This document shows, piece after piece, positions 25,785 through 36,527 of a DNA stretch of 64,000 nucleotides. A model generated the notes under the pieces. It worked only from the letters and a program-made list of their open reading frames with translations, was not told the origin of the DNA and did no database searches. Made by a program: the position numbers and the translations under genes. Position 1 is the stretch's first letter. Every line of letters begins with the position of its first letter. Source of the stretch: Heptranchias perlo (taxonomy: Eukaryota); NCBI RefSeq assembly GCF_035084215.1, contig NC_090326.1, forward strand, positions 2,232,001 to 2,296,000, read 5' to 3'.

Positions 25785-26410
25785 CGCCGAGGATCTTCCT
25801 GCTGTGAGTGGGGTTCAGTACCATATTGGGTGAAGTCAGATAACTCAGCACAGGCCCGGGATGTAACCTGGTGCCTTCCTCCTCTGTGTGGAGCTCAGTA
25901 TCTCACCGAGTGAAACAAACTAACATACCTAAGGCCTGGGGTGGAGAATAGGCCCTTCCTGCTCTGTGTGGGCCTCAGTAACACACCGGGATGCTATCAG
26001 CTTACTCAGCACCGGCCGAGGATGGAGACTGGGTCCTTCCTGCTCTGTGTGGGACTCTGTACCACTCCGGGACAGATCAGCCAACTCAGCATAGGAGGAG
26101 GATGTAATCTGTGCCCGTCCTGCTCGATGTGGGGCTCAGTACCACACCTGGTGCTATCAATGAACACAAGGCTAGAGATGGAGCCTGGGCTCGTCCTACT
26201 CCGTGTGGGACTCAGTATCACACTGGGTGAGTTCAGCAAACTCAGCACAGGCCAGCCATGGAACCTGGGTCTTTCTTACTTTGCATGGGGCTCAAAATCA
26301 CTCTCTGTGTGATTAATTAATATAGCACAGGCCGAGGATGGAACCTGGGTCCATCCTGATCTGTGTGGGGCTCAGTACCACACGGGTGAGATCAGATAGC
26401 CCTGCATAGA
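25785..26410. repeat. ~80-bp tandem repeat, about 8 copies, apparently derived from a tRNA-SINE head
   Basis: Unit ggatggaacctgggtccttcctgctctgtgtggggctcagtaccacac..cagctaactcagcacaggcc; starts at ~25859, 25939, 26020, 26100. The reverse strand reads ggttccatcc, resembling a Pol III B box. Confidence 0.8.
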
Positions 26411-26414
26411 ACCA

Positions 26415-28474
26415 TTAAAATTGTACCATTTCGTTTATATTACCTCTCCTCATTCTTCATGCAAAAAAGAATCACTTCACACTTCTCTACGTTAAATTTC
26501 ATCTGCCATGTTTTTGCCAATTTCCCCAGTCTATCCATCTTCTCCTGAAGTCTGCTGATATCTTCCTCACTCTTAACTACATTTCGAAGTTTCGTGTCAG
26601 CTGCAAGTTTTGAAATTATGCCCTGTATACCCAAGTACAGGTCATTAATATATATTTAAAGAAGCAGGGGTAGTAATACCGACCCATGGGGAACACCATT
26701 GTATACTTCTCTCCAGTCTGACAAACGACCGTACACAACTACTCTCTGCTTTCTGTCCCTTACCGAATTAGGTATCCACGCTTTAATTTTGCTGACACGT
26801 CCATTATGCGGTATTTATCAAACGCCCTTTGAAGGTCCATATTCACAACATCAATCACTCTACTCTCATCAACCCTCTTCGTTACTTCATCGAATCACTC
26901 AAATCAAGTTAGTCAAGCACGAAATTCCTTTAACAATTCAGTGCCGAGTCTTATTTATTGGTCTATATTTTTCCAAGTGCCAAATAATTATGTCTGCATT
27001 ATTGCCTCTAAAAGTTTCCCACCACTGACGTTAGGCTGACTGGCCTGTAATTCTTGGGTTTATCCTTCGCCCTTTATTGGACAGGGGTGTAGCATTTGCA
27101 ATCCTGCAGTCCTCCGGCACCACCCCCATATATAAGGAGGATTGGAAGATTGTCGCCAGAGACTCCATAATTTCCAACCTTACTTCCCTCAGCAGCCTAG
27201 CTGCATCCCATCTGGACAAGGTGACTTTTCTACTTTGAGTACTGCCAATCATTTTAGCACCTCCTCTATATCTATTTTATCCTATCCCATTTCTATACTG
27301 CCTCCTCATTCACTGTGGCATTGGCAGCCTCCTCTTCTATAGTGAAGACCGATGCAAAGTATTGATTTAGTGCCTCAGCCATACCTTCTACCTCCACTAG
27401 ATGATCACTTTTGGTCCCTAATCGGCCCCACCCTTCCTTTGACTAGCCTATTACTATTTAAAAACTTTCGGGTTCTCTTTGATGTTCGCTAAAATCTATT
27501 ATCATACCCTCTCTTTGCCCCTCTTATTTCCATTTTCAGTTTTCCCCGTATTCTCTGTATTCACCTTGGTTCTCTACTGTATTATGAACCTGACACTTTC
27601 TGTTTCATTTTAATCTCTATATGTTTTTGTCATCCAGGAAGCCCTAGCTTTGGATGTCCTTCCTTTCCGCTTCGTGGGAATATATCTATTCTGTAACTGA
27701 ACCATCTCCTCTATGAAGTCCTCTCATTATTCAATTTCTATTTTACCTGCCAATTTTTGATTCCAATCCAACTGTGCCAGTTCCCTTTTCAACTCACTGA
27801 AATTAGCCTTCCTCCAATTGATTATTTTATGCTTGATTATTCCTTGTCATTTTCCACAACTACTCTAATCCTGAATATATTACGATCACTGTTCCCCAAA
27901 TACTCCCCCACTGAAACATACTCCACTTGCCCCACTTCTTTTCGCAGAACTAGATCCAACACTGCTTACTTCCTTGTTGGGCTGGAAACAAACTGATTAA
28001 CAAAGTTCTCTTGCAGGAATTTCAGGAATTCCTCTCCCTCTTTGCCCTTTACACTGTTAGCATCCCAGTCTATAATGGGATAATTGAAATCCTCTATTAT
28101 CTCTACTCTAAAGTTCTATCCCCTTCCCACTATTTCTTGGCCTATAATCTACACCCAGTAGCAAAATAGATGCTTTATTTTTCTTTAATTCTAACCAAAT
28201 AGATTCTTTCTTTGACCCCTAAAAATATCATTCCTTTCCACTGCTATAATAATTTATTTGATTGCCACCACCCTTTATTTTTGTCTTTCCCTATCTTCCT
28301 AAAAGATTGTAGCCAGAAATATTAAGTTCCCTTTCCTTCCCTTCTTTGAGCCAAATCTCTGTTATTGCTACTTTATCAAAGTACCACGTGGCGACATGTG
28401 CTTGCAGCTCACCGACCTTATTTACTGCGCTGCGTGCGTTTACACACATGCAATCGAAACCCATCTTAGACTGC
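26415..28474 (-). mobile_element. Old CR1 LINE (endonuclease to RT), heavily degraded
   Basis: KLAADTKL, WQMKFNVEKCEV, IFQSS..VPEDCRIAN motifs; EN-region similarity up to 28470. Confidence 0.85.
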
Positions 28475-28973
28475 TGTAATAAATCCGAATCTGAAGCTCT
28501 GTGGGTGGTAACGTGTTCTTTATTGAGGTGATCAAATTAAGCATAAATTGAAACAATTGCAACGCTCAAGCCATAGTTATAAGAACAAAACTAAATTGCC
28601 CAGTTCTCTTCTAAGTAAAGATGCTCGAAATGTTCTGATGTTTCCTTCTTTTTTTCACCTGTCAGCCTATGTCTTCCTGAAGTATTTTGCTATCCTCTAC
28701 ATTGTTCACTACATTTCTGAGTTTCGCGTCATCTGCAAGCTTTGAGATTGTACCCTCTACACCCAAGTCGAGGTCATTAATATATATCCAAGAGAGCAGT
28801 GGTCCTAATACTGCCCCTTGGGGAACACCACTGTATATTTCGCTCCAGTCGGAAAAAACAACCGTTCACCACTACTCGCTACTTTCTGTACACCATATTT
28901 TCATGGGTTATTGCTCGAATCTTCCTTGACCTGCCCTTGCTTGCAGTCCCCATCTTGGGGCCGAAGTCGAAGA
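28475..28973 (-). repeat. 3' LTR of the provirus; the middle is replaced by a CR1 fragment (~28660-28890)
   Basis: 28475-28650 aligns to 34020-34195 (~78% by manual count) and 28890-28973 aligns to 34546-34629. TGTAAT terminus; minus-strand AATAAA at 28519-28524. Confidence 0.85.
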
Positions 28974-29399
28974 ATCCCTCGAGACTCCACCAATTATGAC
29001 CTGATAATGTCTTTCAATTCGACTTGGGTTCGGTTCACATCATCCTTCCCTGATTGCCAACGGTAATCGTGTAATACTCCTTGTGTCCTGTGGTTGGGGA
29101 TGGCCACATATATTCGGAACGAGGAAAAACTTTACATTCCACAATCATTGGTCCGCCACAGTCACGGTGTTATTGTCCGAACCTTTAGGGGAGATGACGT
29201 ATTCCGACCATCCGAGTAGATCCGATCTGGAGGAAGAAGCGGTATGAGGTTCTTCGTTACAAGGTTCCGCTGTATTCGCACAGCTGACAGGGACCATGCC
29301 GAGGGTCAAGTGTGCCACCAACACAAAAATTAACTCCCGCATCATTCGCATGAATGATCTGCTCTGGTCAGACCTTCTGAATTCTGGCCGTCACAGAGT

Positions 29400-30937
29400 C
29401 GAGGTTTCTGGGAGGATGCGAGTGAAATAGCTGAAAGAAATCCTCCCGGATGTCAGGTGATATGCTGACAACCAGCAAAGATGGATCGGCCGCCTTGTGT
29501 ACCAGAATATGCCCATCCTTCCCAACTCTCTGTGTGTTCGCTGCTTATGGGGCGGGCCGAAGCAATGGCCTGTCATTCATAGGCCAGGCCCTTACGACTT
29601 GGTAGAGGGTGTGCGATTACTGCCAGGATAACAGGTTTAAATCTGCGGGCATCCCCATGGCTGCGACCAGCAAGTTCGGGAAGGAAAGATTCTATTCTGG
29701 CGCGACTCGAGCGGCTTCTCTGGCGGCCCTCTCTGTGCACGAGTTGCCCAGGGAGCGTGGGACATTGGATATGGTATAGGCGTTAACTTTGCTGATGTAG
29801 CCTGTCGCTTGACGGGCCTTCAGGGAGTTACAGAGAGCAGTGAGCGGAGCAGCATGGGTTAGTGATCTGCCGTTGCTTGACTGAAAGTCATTTTTGTAAT
29901 GCAGTGGCAGCAAGAGGATGGTGTTAGCGACGTAGACACATCGGACCAAATATTAACTGTTCGTTGTGTCGTGATTTGCACAGTGTTTAGTAGGGCAGTC
30001 AATCCTGCAAACTGAGATGAATGAGGGATGCACTTGTACTGAACTGACTCTTCGACAGTACAGACACTGAATCAGGTCAGGAGTTTCCCATTTTGATGAA
30101 ATGAGGGTCAAGCGGTACCGATGTATTCGACGTCTGGTAGCGGCCCATTTTCACAGGATGTTCCTCAAAGTCCAGAGGGTACGTGGACATTAGTGACATT
30201 GCCGCTGATATAATAGTAGCTGAAGGTGTGATGTGGTCTTTTTGGGGGAGATATCGAACTGTCTTTCCATAAATAATAATGCCCACCGTTTCAGTCGTGC
30301 AGAGGAGGCGAGACTGTCCCCGGGCTTAATCAAAAGATTGATTAATCAAAAGATCAGAATGGTGTGTGAAGAGTGCAGTGTCAGCATCTGCAAACTGGTG
30401 ATGAAAGGGAAGTGCTGGAATGCCCCAAAATGTTGTCAGTTGATGTTGCTCACACGCATTGCAGGTCTTCTCGACTGCCGTGAGAACACGAGAGGTGTGC
30501 ACAACAGGAAGTAGGCTCTGATAAATCTCATCGCACTGGACGCTGAGAGGCTGTGGTCAGTGACCGAGAAGTGTACAATAGGAAGTAGTCTCTGCTGAAT
30601 CTCCTGACACTGGACGCTGAGAGGCTGTGGTCAATGGCCACAACCTCCTGTTGGAAAGGTTTATCCGGGTGGGGCGAGATGAGGCTGGTGGCCTCCATAT
30701 CGGCTGTCTTCAGCCGCTCTACGGCCTCGGTGTGTTTCTCCGAACACTTAGCGGGACATCATCATCCTCCTTACTCTTAAGCAGATGTCCAACAGACGGT
30801 CTTTGATATTCTACAAGTCTCAGGGACAATAGGAGAGCCGTCTTCGAGACAGGCAAGGGCAAACGTGAATTACATCTGCCTTATATCATTCCGGCTTCTT
30901 TCCTTGTTGTGAGATGGTGACTCCAACGAACATAATT
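29400..30937 (-). pseudogene. pol: Retroviral pol remnant: RT thumb, tether, RNase H, start of integrase region
   Basis: Frameshifted translations: IMFVGVTISQQGKKPE, LKTADMEATSLISPHPDKPF, LLPVVHTSRVLTAVEKTCNACEQH, PHSSQFAGLTALLNTV..VNIWSD, NDFQSSNGRSLTHA..ISKVNAY..GNSCTERAAREAA, PDIREDFFQLFHSHP. Confidence 0.85.
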
Positions 30938-30939
30938 AT

Positions 30940-31089
30940 TTTGTATTCGTTCAAGGGATGTGGGCGTCGCTGGCATGGCCAATATTTAATGCCCATCCCT
31001 AATTGCCGTTGAGAAGGTGGTGGTGAGCCGCTTTCTTGATCCGCTGCAGTCCCTGTGGTGAAGGTACTCCCATTGTGCTGTTAGGTAGA
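30940..31089 (-). mobile_element. LINE family B 3' end inserted into the retroviral RT
   Basis: ttcgttcaagggatgtgggcgtcgctggc... matches the family B tail at 7810 and 57105. Confidence 0.85.
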
Positions 31090-31104
31090 GTTGGGTGGGG
31101 AGGT

Positions 31105-31252
31105 GGGAATTTCGGGCTGTATAAACTGAACCTACTTTGGATTAACTTAATCCTGCTTCGAGTAGAAGCTGGGTAAGTTCCCATAATAGATCTGTGTACC
31201 TACGGGGTTTCAGAGCCCAATAACATGTCATCGACGTAATGCAACAAACGCG
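31105..31252 (-). pseudogene. pol: Retroviral RT catalytic segment (YVDD)
   Basis: Minus-strand translation PRLLHYVDDMLLGSETP, then a degenerate L-x-x-A-G-x-K-x-N-P-x-K-VQFIQPE block that continues into the 30937 segment. Confidence 0.85.
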
Positions 31253-32805
31253 GGTTTGAGAGGCGCTATCGAAGAAGCCTTGGCGAGTTGCTGCAGTGCA
31301 TCCTGTAGAAGGTACACAATTCAGTCATGGTGCGCCGGTGGTGAAGAAAGTGAATGTTTAGGGTGGTGGATGGGGTGCCAATCAAGCGGGCTGCTTTGCC
31401 TGGATGGTGTCGAGTTTCTTGATTTTTTTTTCGAGCTGTACTCATCCAGGCAAATGGAGAGTATTCCATCACACACCTGACTTGTGCCTTGTAGATGGTG
31501 GAAAGGCTTTGGGGAGTCAGGATATGAGTCACCCGCTGAAGAATAGCCAGCCTCTGACCTGCTCTTGCAGCCACAGTATTTATGTGGCTGGTCCAGTTAA
31601 GTTTCTGGTCAGTGGTGACCCCCAGGATGTTGATGGTGGGGGATTCGGTGATGGTAATGCCGTTGAATGTCAAGGGGAGGTGGTTAGACTCTCTCTTGTT
31701 GGAGATGGTCATTGCCTGTCACTTGTCTGGCGCGAATGTTACTTGGCAATTACCAACGCAAGCCTGGATGTTGTCCAGGTCTTGTTGCATCGGCCACGCA
31801 CTGCTTCATTATCTGAGGGGTTGCGAATGAAACTGAACACTGTTCAATCATCAACGAACATCCCCATTTCTGACCTTATGATGGAGGGAAGGTCATTGAT
31901 GAAGCAGTTGAAGATGGTTGGGCCGAGGGCACCGCCCTGAGGAACTCCTGCAGCAATGTCCTGGGGCTGAGATGATTGGCCTCCAACAACCATTACCATT
32001 TTCCTTTGTGCTAGGTATGAGTCCAGCAACTAGAGAGCTTTCCCCCTGATTCCCATTGACTTCAATTTTACTAGGGCCTTTGTGCCACACTCGGTCAAAT
32101 GCTGCCTTGATGTCAAGTGCAGTCACTCTCACCTCACCTCTGGAATTCAGCTCTCATTTCCTTGTTTGGACCAAGGTTGTAATGAGGCTGAAGCCGAGTT
32201 GTCCTGGTGGAATCCAAATTGAGCATCGGTGAGCAGGTTATTGGTGAGTAAGTGCCGCTTGATAGCACTATTGACGACACATTCCATCCCTTTGCTGATG
32301 ATTGAGAGCAGACTGATGGGGCGTTAATTCGCGGATTGGATTTGTCTTGCTTTTTGTGGACAGAACATACCTGGGCAATTTTCCACATTGTCGGGTAGAT
32401 GGCAGTGTTGTAGCTGTACTGGAACAGCTTGGCTCGAGGCGCAGCTAGTTCTGGAGCACAGGTCTTCAGCATTGGAGCCAGGATGTTATCGGGGCCCATC
32501 GCCTTTGCTGTAGCCAGTGCACTACGCCGTTTCTTGATATCACGTGGAGTGATTCGAATTGGCTAAAGACTGGCTTCTGTGATGGTGCGGATATCGGGAG
32601 GAGGCCGAGATGGATTATCCACTCGGCACTTCTGGCTGAAGATGGTTGTATACGCTTTAGCCTTGTCTCTTGCACTCACATGCTGGACTCTGCCATCATT
32701 GAGGATGGGGATGTTCACGGAGCCTCCTCCTCCCGTTAGTTGTTTAATTGTTCAGCACCATTGACGCCTGGATGTGGCCGGACTCCAGAGCTTTGTTCTG
32801 ATCCG
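31250..32805 (-). mobile_element. LINE family B RT fragment replacing the gag C-terminus/protease/RT N-terminus of the provirus
   Basis: ALDIKAAFDRVWH, GVPQGGALGP, MFVDD, LGVTTDQKLNW motifs. Confidence 0.9.
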
Positions 32806-33997
32806 TTTGTTCTCTTGGACTTTGAATAATTTGTTCACTCTGATGTATTATGTTAGTCCAATTAGTCCATGCCTAACAACTGCATGATATCAGCTATTGG
32901 TTCGGTTGTTGTAATGGCCAGGAGGTGAACGTGAGGGTTAAGGGAATAAAGGAGACCCTGTCTCACAAGCAGCCCTGAGCACCTTCCAGCAATCCTCGTC
33001 ACTCAACTCGTTAAGTCCTCGCTGGAAAGTTGCACATCTCTGCGAGACGTCGACCAGGATGTCCCCATGTTTTATCGTAAACCTGGTGAAGTGCCAACGC
33101 GTCAGCATCCGGCACTGGCAAGGGTCTTACTTCAGTAACCATTCTAGTGACTTATCCCACGGTGTTGCGGCCGCATGGTGATAACGATAAACCACACTGG
33201 TGCCACCCCCCGGGTCTCCTGTCGTCACAATTGGGGCTATTATAGCATGCAGCTTCCCTTTCTAATGCGTACCAATCTATGTCATCATCCTCATCCTCTC
33301 TACCTCGACACTTGTTTTCGAAACTGCGGAGACGAGTGCCTTTTGTCAACTAAATTTCCCTTGTGACTCGGAGATCTTTAATTTGTGTTGGGTATGGTCC
33401 ACTCCGTTACAGGTCGGGTCAATGGTTCCCGCAGTGCTCCCCTCGCATTTTCTTATTCAATTTTTAACCTCTTGTTCTCTGCTGGGAGCTTATCCTTTTC
33501 CCGTCCATCCTGTTGGCTTTTAGTCCCTGCACGGCAGCTGTTGTAGCCGCCAGGTGAGACTGATTAAACATAATAGTGACATATTTTAATGTTTCTGTGA
33601 GGAGGTTGCGGTCTTTTTTGATTTCCTTAATTTCATCTCGTAAACCTTTAATCTTTTCTTCACATTTATTTGCAATGAGTGAGCACCATAATTCATTAAT
33701 AACCTTGCACAGTTCCGGTTTAGATATCCCCCGTTAACAGGAGCCTCTAAGTATCTGGATGCCGCCTTATACGACTGAAACGCCCCCGTCAAATGGGGAA
33801 TAAATTGCACACTTCCGGTCACCTTACTTTGTTTCTGCTGAACAGCTCCTCTCACAAGCACCATTATGGTCACTATTACTAATGGAAAAAGCAAACAGCT
33901 TCTCCGCTCCAAACGGTTTCCTAACCCTGAGGTTGGATTGCAATCCTTGACCGTCCGGAGTGTTCAAATCCCTCAAAAAGAACTCGTCTCAGTGAGG

Positions 33998-34015
33998 ATC
34001 CTGCCGCGCTCGACA
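33998..34015 (-). promoter_or_regulatory. Candidate degenerate primer-binding site (tRNA-Arg-like)
   Basis: TGTCGAGCGCGGCAGGAT lies 4 nt downstream of the 5' LTR. It matches 13/18 with TGGCGAGCCAGCCAGGAG, the complement of the vertebrate tRNA-Arg(ACG) 3' end as I recall it. Confidence 0.5.
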
Positions 34016-34019
34016 GACT

Positions 34020-34629
34020 TACAATAATCCGACCCTGACACCTTGTGAGTGGTGAAGAGTTATTTAATGAGGTGATCAAACCAAGCACAAATTAAAACAA
34101 TTATAAAGCTCAAGCCATAGTTTTAAGAAGAGAACGAAGTTACCCGGTTCTCTTCGGAGTAAAGGAGCTCGACCTGCTCGGGTGTTCCCTTCTTTGTAGT
34201 TTCTTCCTCTCCAACTGACCCCTTGCAACCTCCTGTTTTATAACGGTCTTGTAATCGGTACCAGCCCGAATTTTGCATCTGGAGCCTCAAAATGTGACGT
34301 TGTTTTTCCTTGAAGGTCAAGGATGTTAAGTTTGATCGGTTATTGTCACCTTGATGAGTGGGAAATCAATCCGTTCAGCAGGCTAAGTTCTTCACTGCAG
34401 AGACTAATAAAGCTGGTCGACCATGAGCAGCTTATTTCAACAAAGCATTATTATTAAATTATTTTGCAGGCTTTGCCTAAACTTGCAGCACAGCATTTTA
34501 GATTTAACAGTTTCATTTCCAGGCAGCGTTGTTAAAATTATGTATGCATCATATCTTCATGGGATCTTGCTTGAATCTTCCTTGACCTTCCATTCTTGCA
34601 CTGTCTCGCATTTGACCACTGTCTGAACA
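34020..34629 (-). repeat. 5' LTR of the provirus (~610 bp)
   Basis: Minus strand starts TGTTCAGAC at 34629; TATAAAA near 34235-34241; ATTAAA near 34063-34068; homologous to 28475-28973. Confidence 0.85.
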
Positions 34630-35334
34630 CTCTTATTTCTGAACTATTCTTTACTCTAGTTCTATTTGTCTCACCCAGTGATCTGTGCAACTTGGAGTGG
34701 AATGAAAAAGAGAGCAAGTGAAAGAGAATGAGTGAGAAATAGCGAGAAAGAGGCGAGGATGTAGAAAGACAGATTAAGACAGAGATCGAGCGAACTAGAA
34801 CAAAATCAGCAAACTGAATGGGAGGGGAAGACAGGGACGAAATATTGAAAGGGAGTGAGTGGGAAATAGAGAAGAGTGATGGAAAGTAAAAAAGGTAGAG
34901 ATCGAAAGAGAAACAGACAGATCAGATCTACAGAAGCAGCAAAAGAAACAACGAGAGAAAAAAACTGCAAGTCAAACTGCCCTGCTATTTAAAAGAAATA
35001 ATTATTTCACAAACTTTTAGAAAACCAGAACTATAAATAATCAGTTAATAAGTAAGGAGTTTTACTGTACAATAATTTTTTGATCATTTGGGTTTAAATT
35101 CCGAAAACACCCTCAGTTGGGGTCATGTGTTTTTATTGTTGTTATTTATTTGAACTGATATTTTTTTTCAAATGTTGCAGTAACATTTTTCTAAACAACA
35201 TCCTACATTCTCTAGATTACAGCCCATTTCTGTCTGAGTACCTATTCAAGAAGGTTCACTCTGGAAGCTGCAAGTGGACGTCTCCTCTGAATGGCGGAAC
35301 TGACTTTTCACACAAAAGCGCAGATGGATTAGAA

Positions 35335-36527
35335 AAATATGGTGCACCTATCAATCAAAACAGTGAAAGCCCGTAAACAGAATGGTGAACCTGTCAATCA
35401 GAACAGTGACGGCCCCTAAACAGAAACGTGGACTTGTCAATCAAAACAGTGACGTCCTCTAAAGAGAATGGTGGAACAGTCAATCAAAATAGTGACGGCC
35501 CCTAAACAGAATGGCAGACCTGTTAATCAAAACAGTGACGGCCCCTAAACTGAATATTGGACCTGCCAATCAAAAGAGTGACGGCCACTAAACAGAATGG
35601 AGCACCTGTCAATCAAAACAGTGACGTGCCCTAAAAGAATGGTGGACCTGTCAATCAAAACAGTGACGGCCACTAAACCTGTCAATCAAAACTGCGACGG
35701 CCACTAAACGGAATAGCGGACTTGTCAATCAAACCGCGAGGTCCAAAAAACAGAATGGTGTGCCTATCAATCATAAGAGTGACGTCCTCTAAACAGAATG
35801 GTGCACCTGTCAATCAAAACAATGACGTGGCGAAAACAGAATGGTCCACCTGTCTTTGAAAACAGTGACTGTCCTAAACAGAATTGTGGAACTGTCAATA
35901 AAAAACAGTGACTGCCTCTAAACAGAATGGTGCTCCTGTCAATCAAAACAGTGACGTCCCCGTAACAAAATGGTGCACCTGTCACTCAAAATAGTTACTG
36001 GCCTTAAGCAGAATGGTGCACCCGCCAATCAAAACATTGACGGCCCCTGCACAGAATGGGGCACCTGTCACTCAAAACAGCGACGGCTCCAAAGCAGAAT
36101 GGTGTATCTGTCAATCAAATCCGTGACGACCCCTTAACAGAATGGTAAATCTGTCAAACAAAACCTCATCGGCCCCTAAACAGAATGGTGCACATGTCAA
36201 TCAAAAGAGTGACCGACCTTGAACAGAATGATGCACCTGTCAATCAAAACAGCGACAAAACCTAAACAGAAAGATGGACCTGTCAATCTAAGCAGTGACG
36301 TCCCCTAAACAGAATGGCGCACCTGTCCAACAAAACAGTCACGGCCTCTAAACAGACTGATGGACCAATCAATCAAAACAGTGACTGCCCCGAAACAGAA
36401 AGATGCACCTGTCGATCAAATGATTGACGTCCCCTGAACAGAATGGTGAACCTATCTATCAAAACAGTGACGGCCATGAAACAGAATGGTGAACCTATCT
36501 ATCAAAACAGTGACGGCCATGAAACAG
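35335..36527. repeat. 43-bp tandem array, left part (~28 units)
   Basis: Consensus aaacagaatggtgcacctgtcaatcaaaacagtgacggcccct; period 43 (35375 to 35418). Confidence 0.95.

Larger units (their letters stand above)
28475..34629 (-). mobile_element. Decayed endogenous retrovirus (LTR-PBS-gag-pol[RT-tether-RNase H-IN N-term]-signal-peptide ORF-LTR)
   Basis: Paired LTRs, a candidate PBS, manually translated pol motifs (HYVDDML; FVGVTISQQG; SPHPDKPF; PVVHTSRVLT..E; SSARLKRWALL; SSQFAGLTALL; VNIWSD; GNSCTERAAREAA) in retroviral order. Confidence 0.88.

Noticed and set aside
28470-34635. Target-site duplication for the provirus
   Set aside because: The flanks (actgc / ctctt) do not match convincingly, which is expected at this age, so no TSD is claimed.
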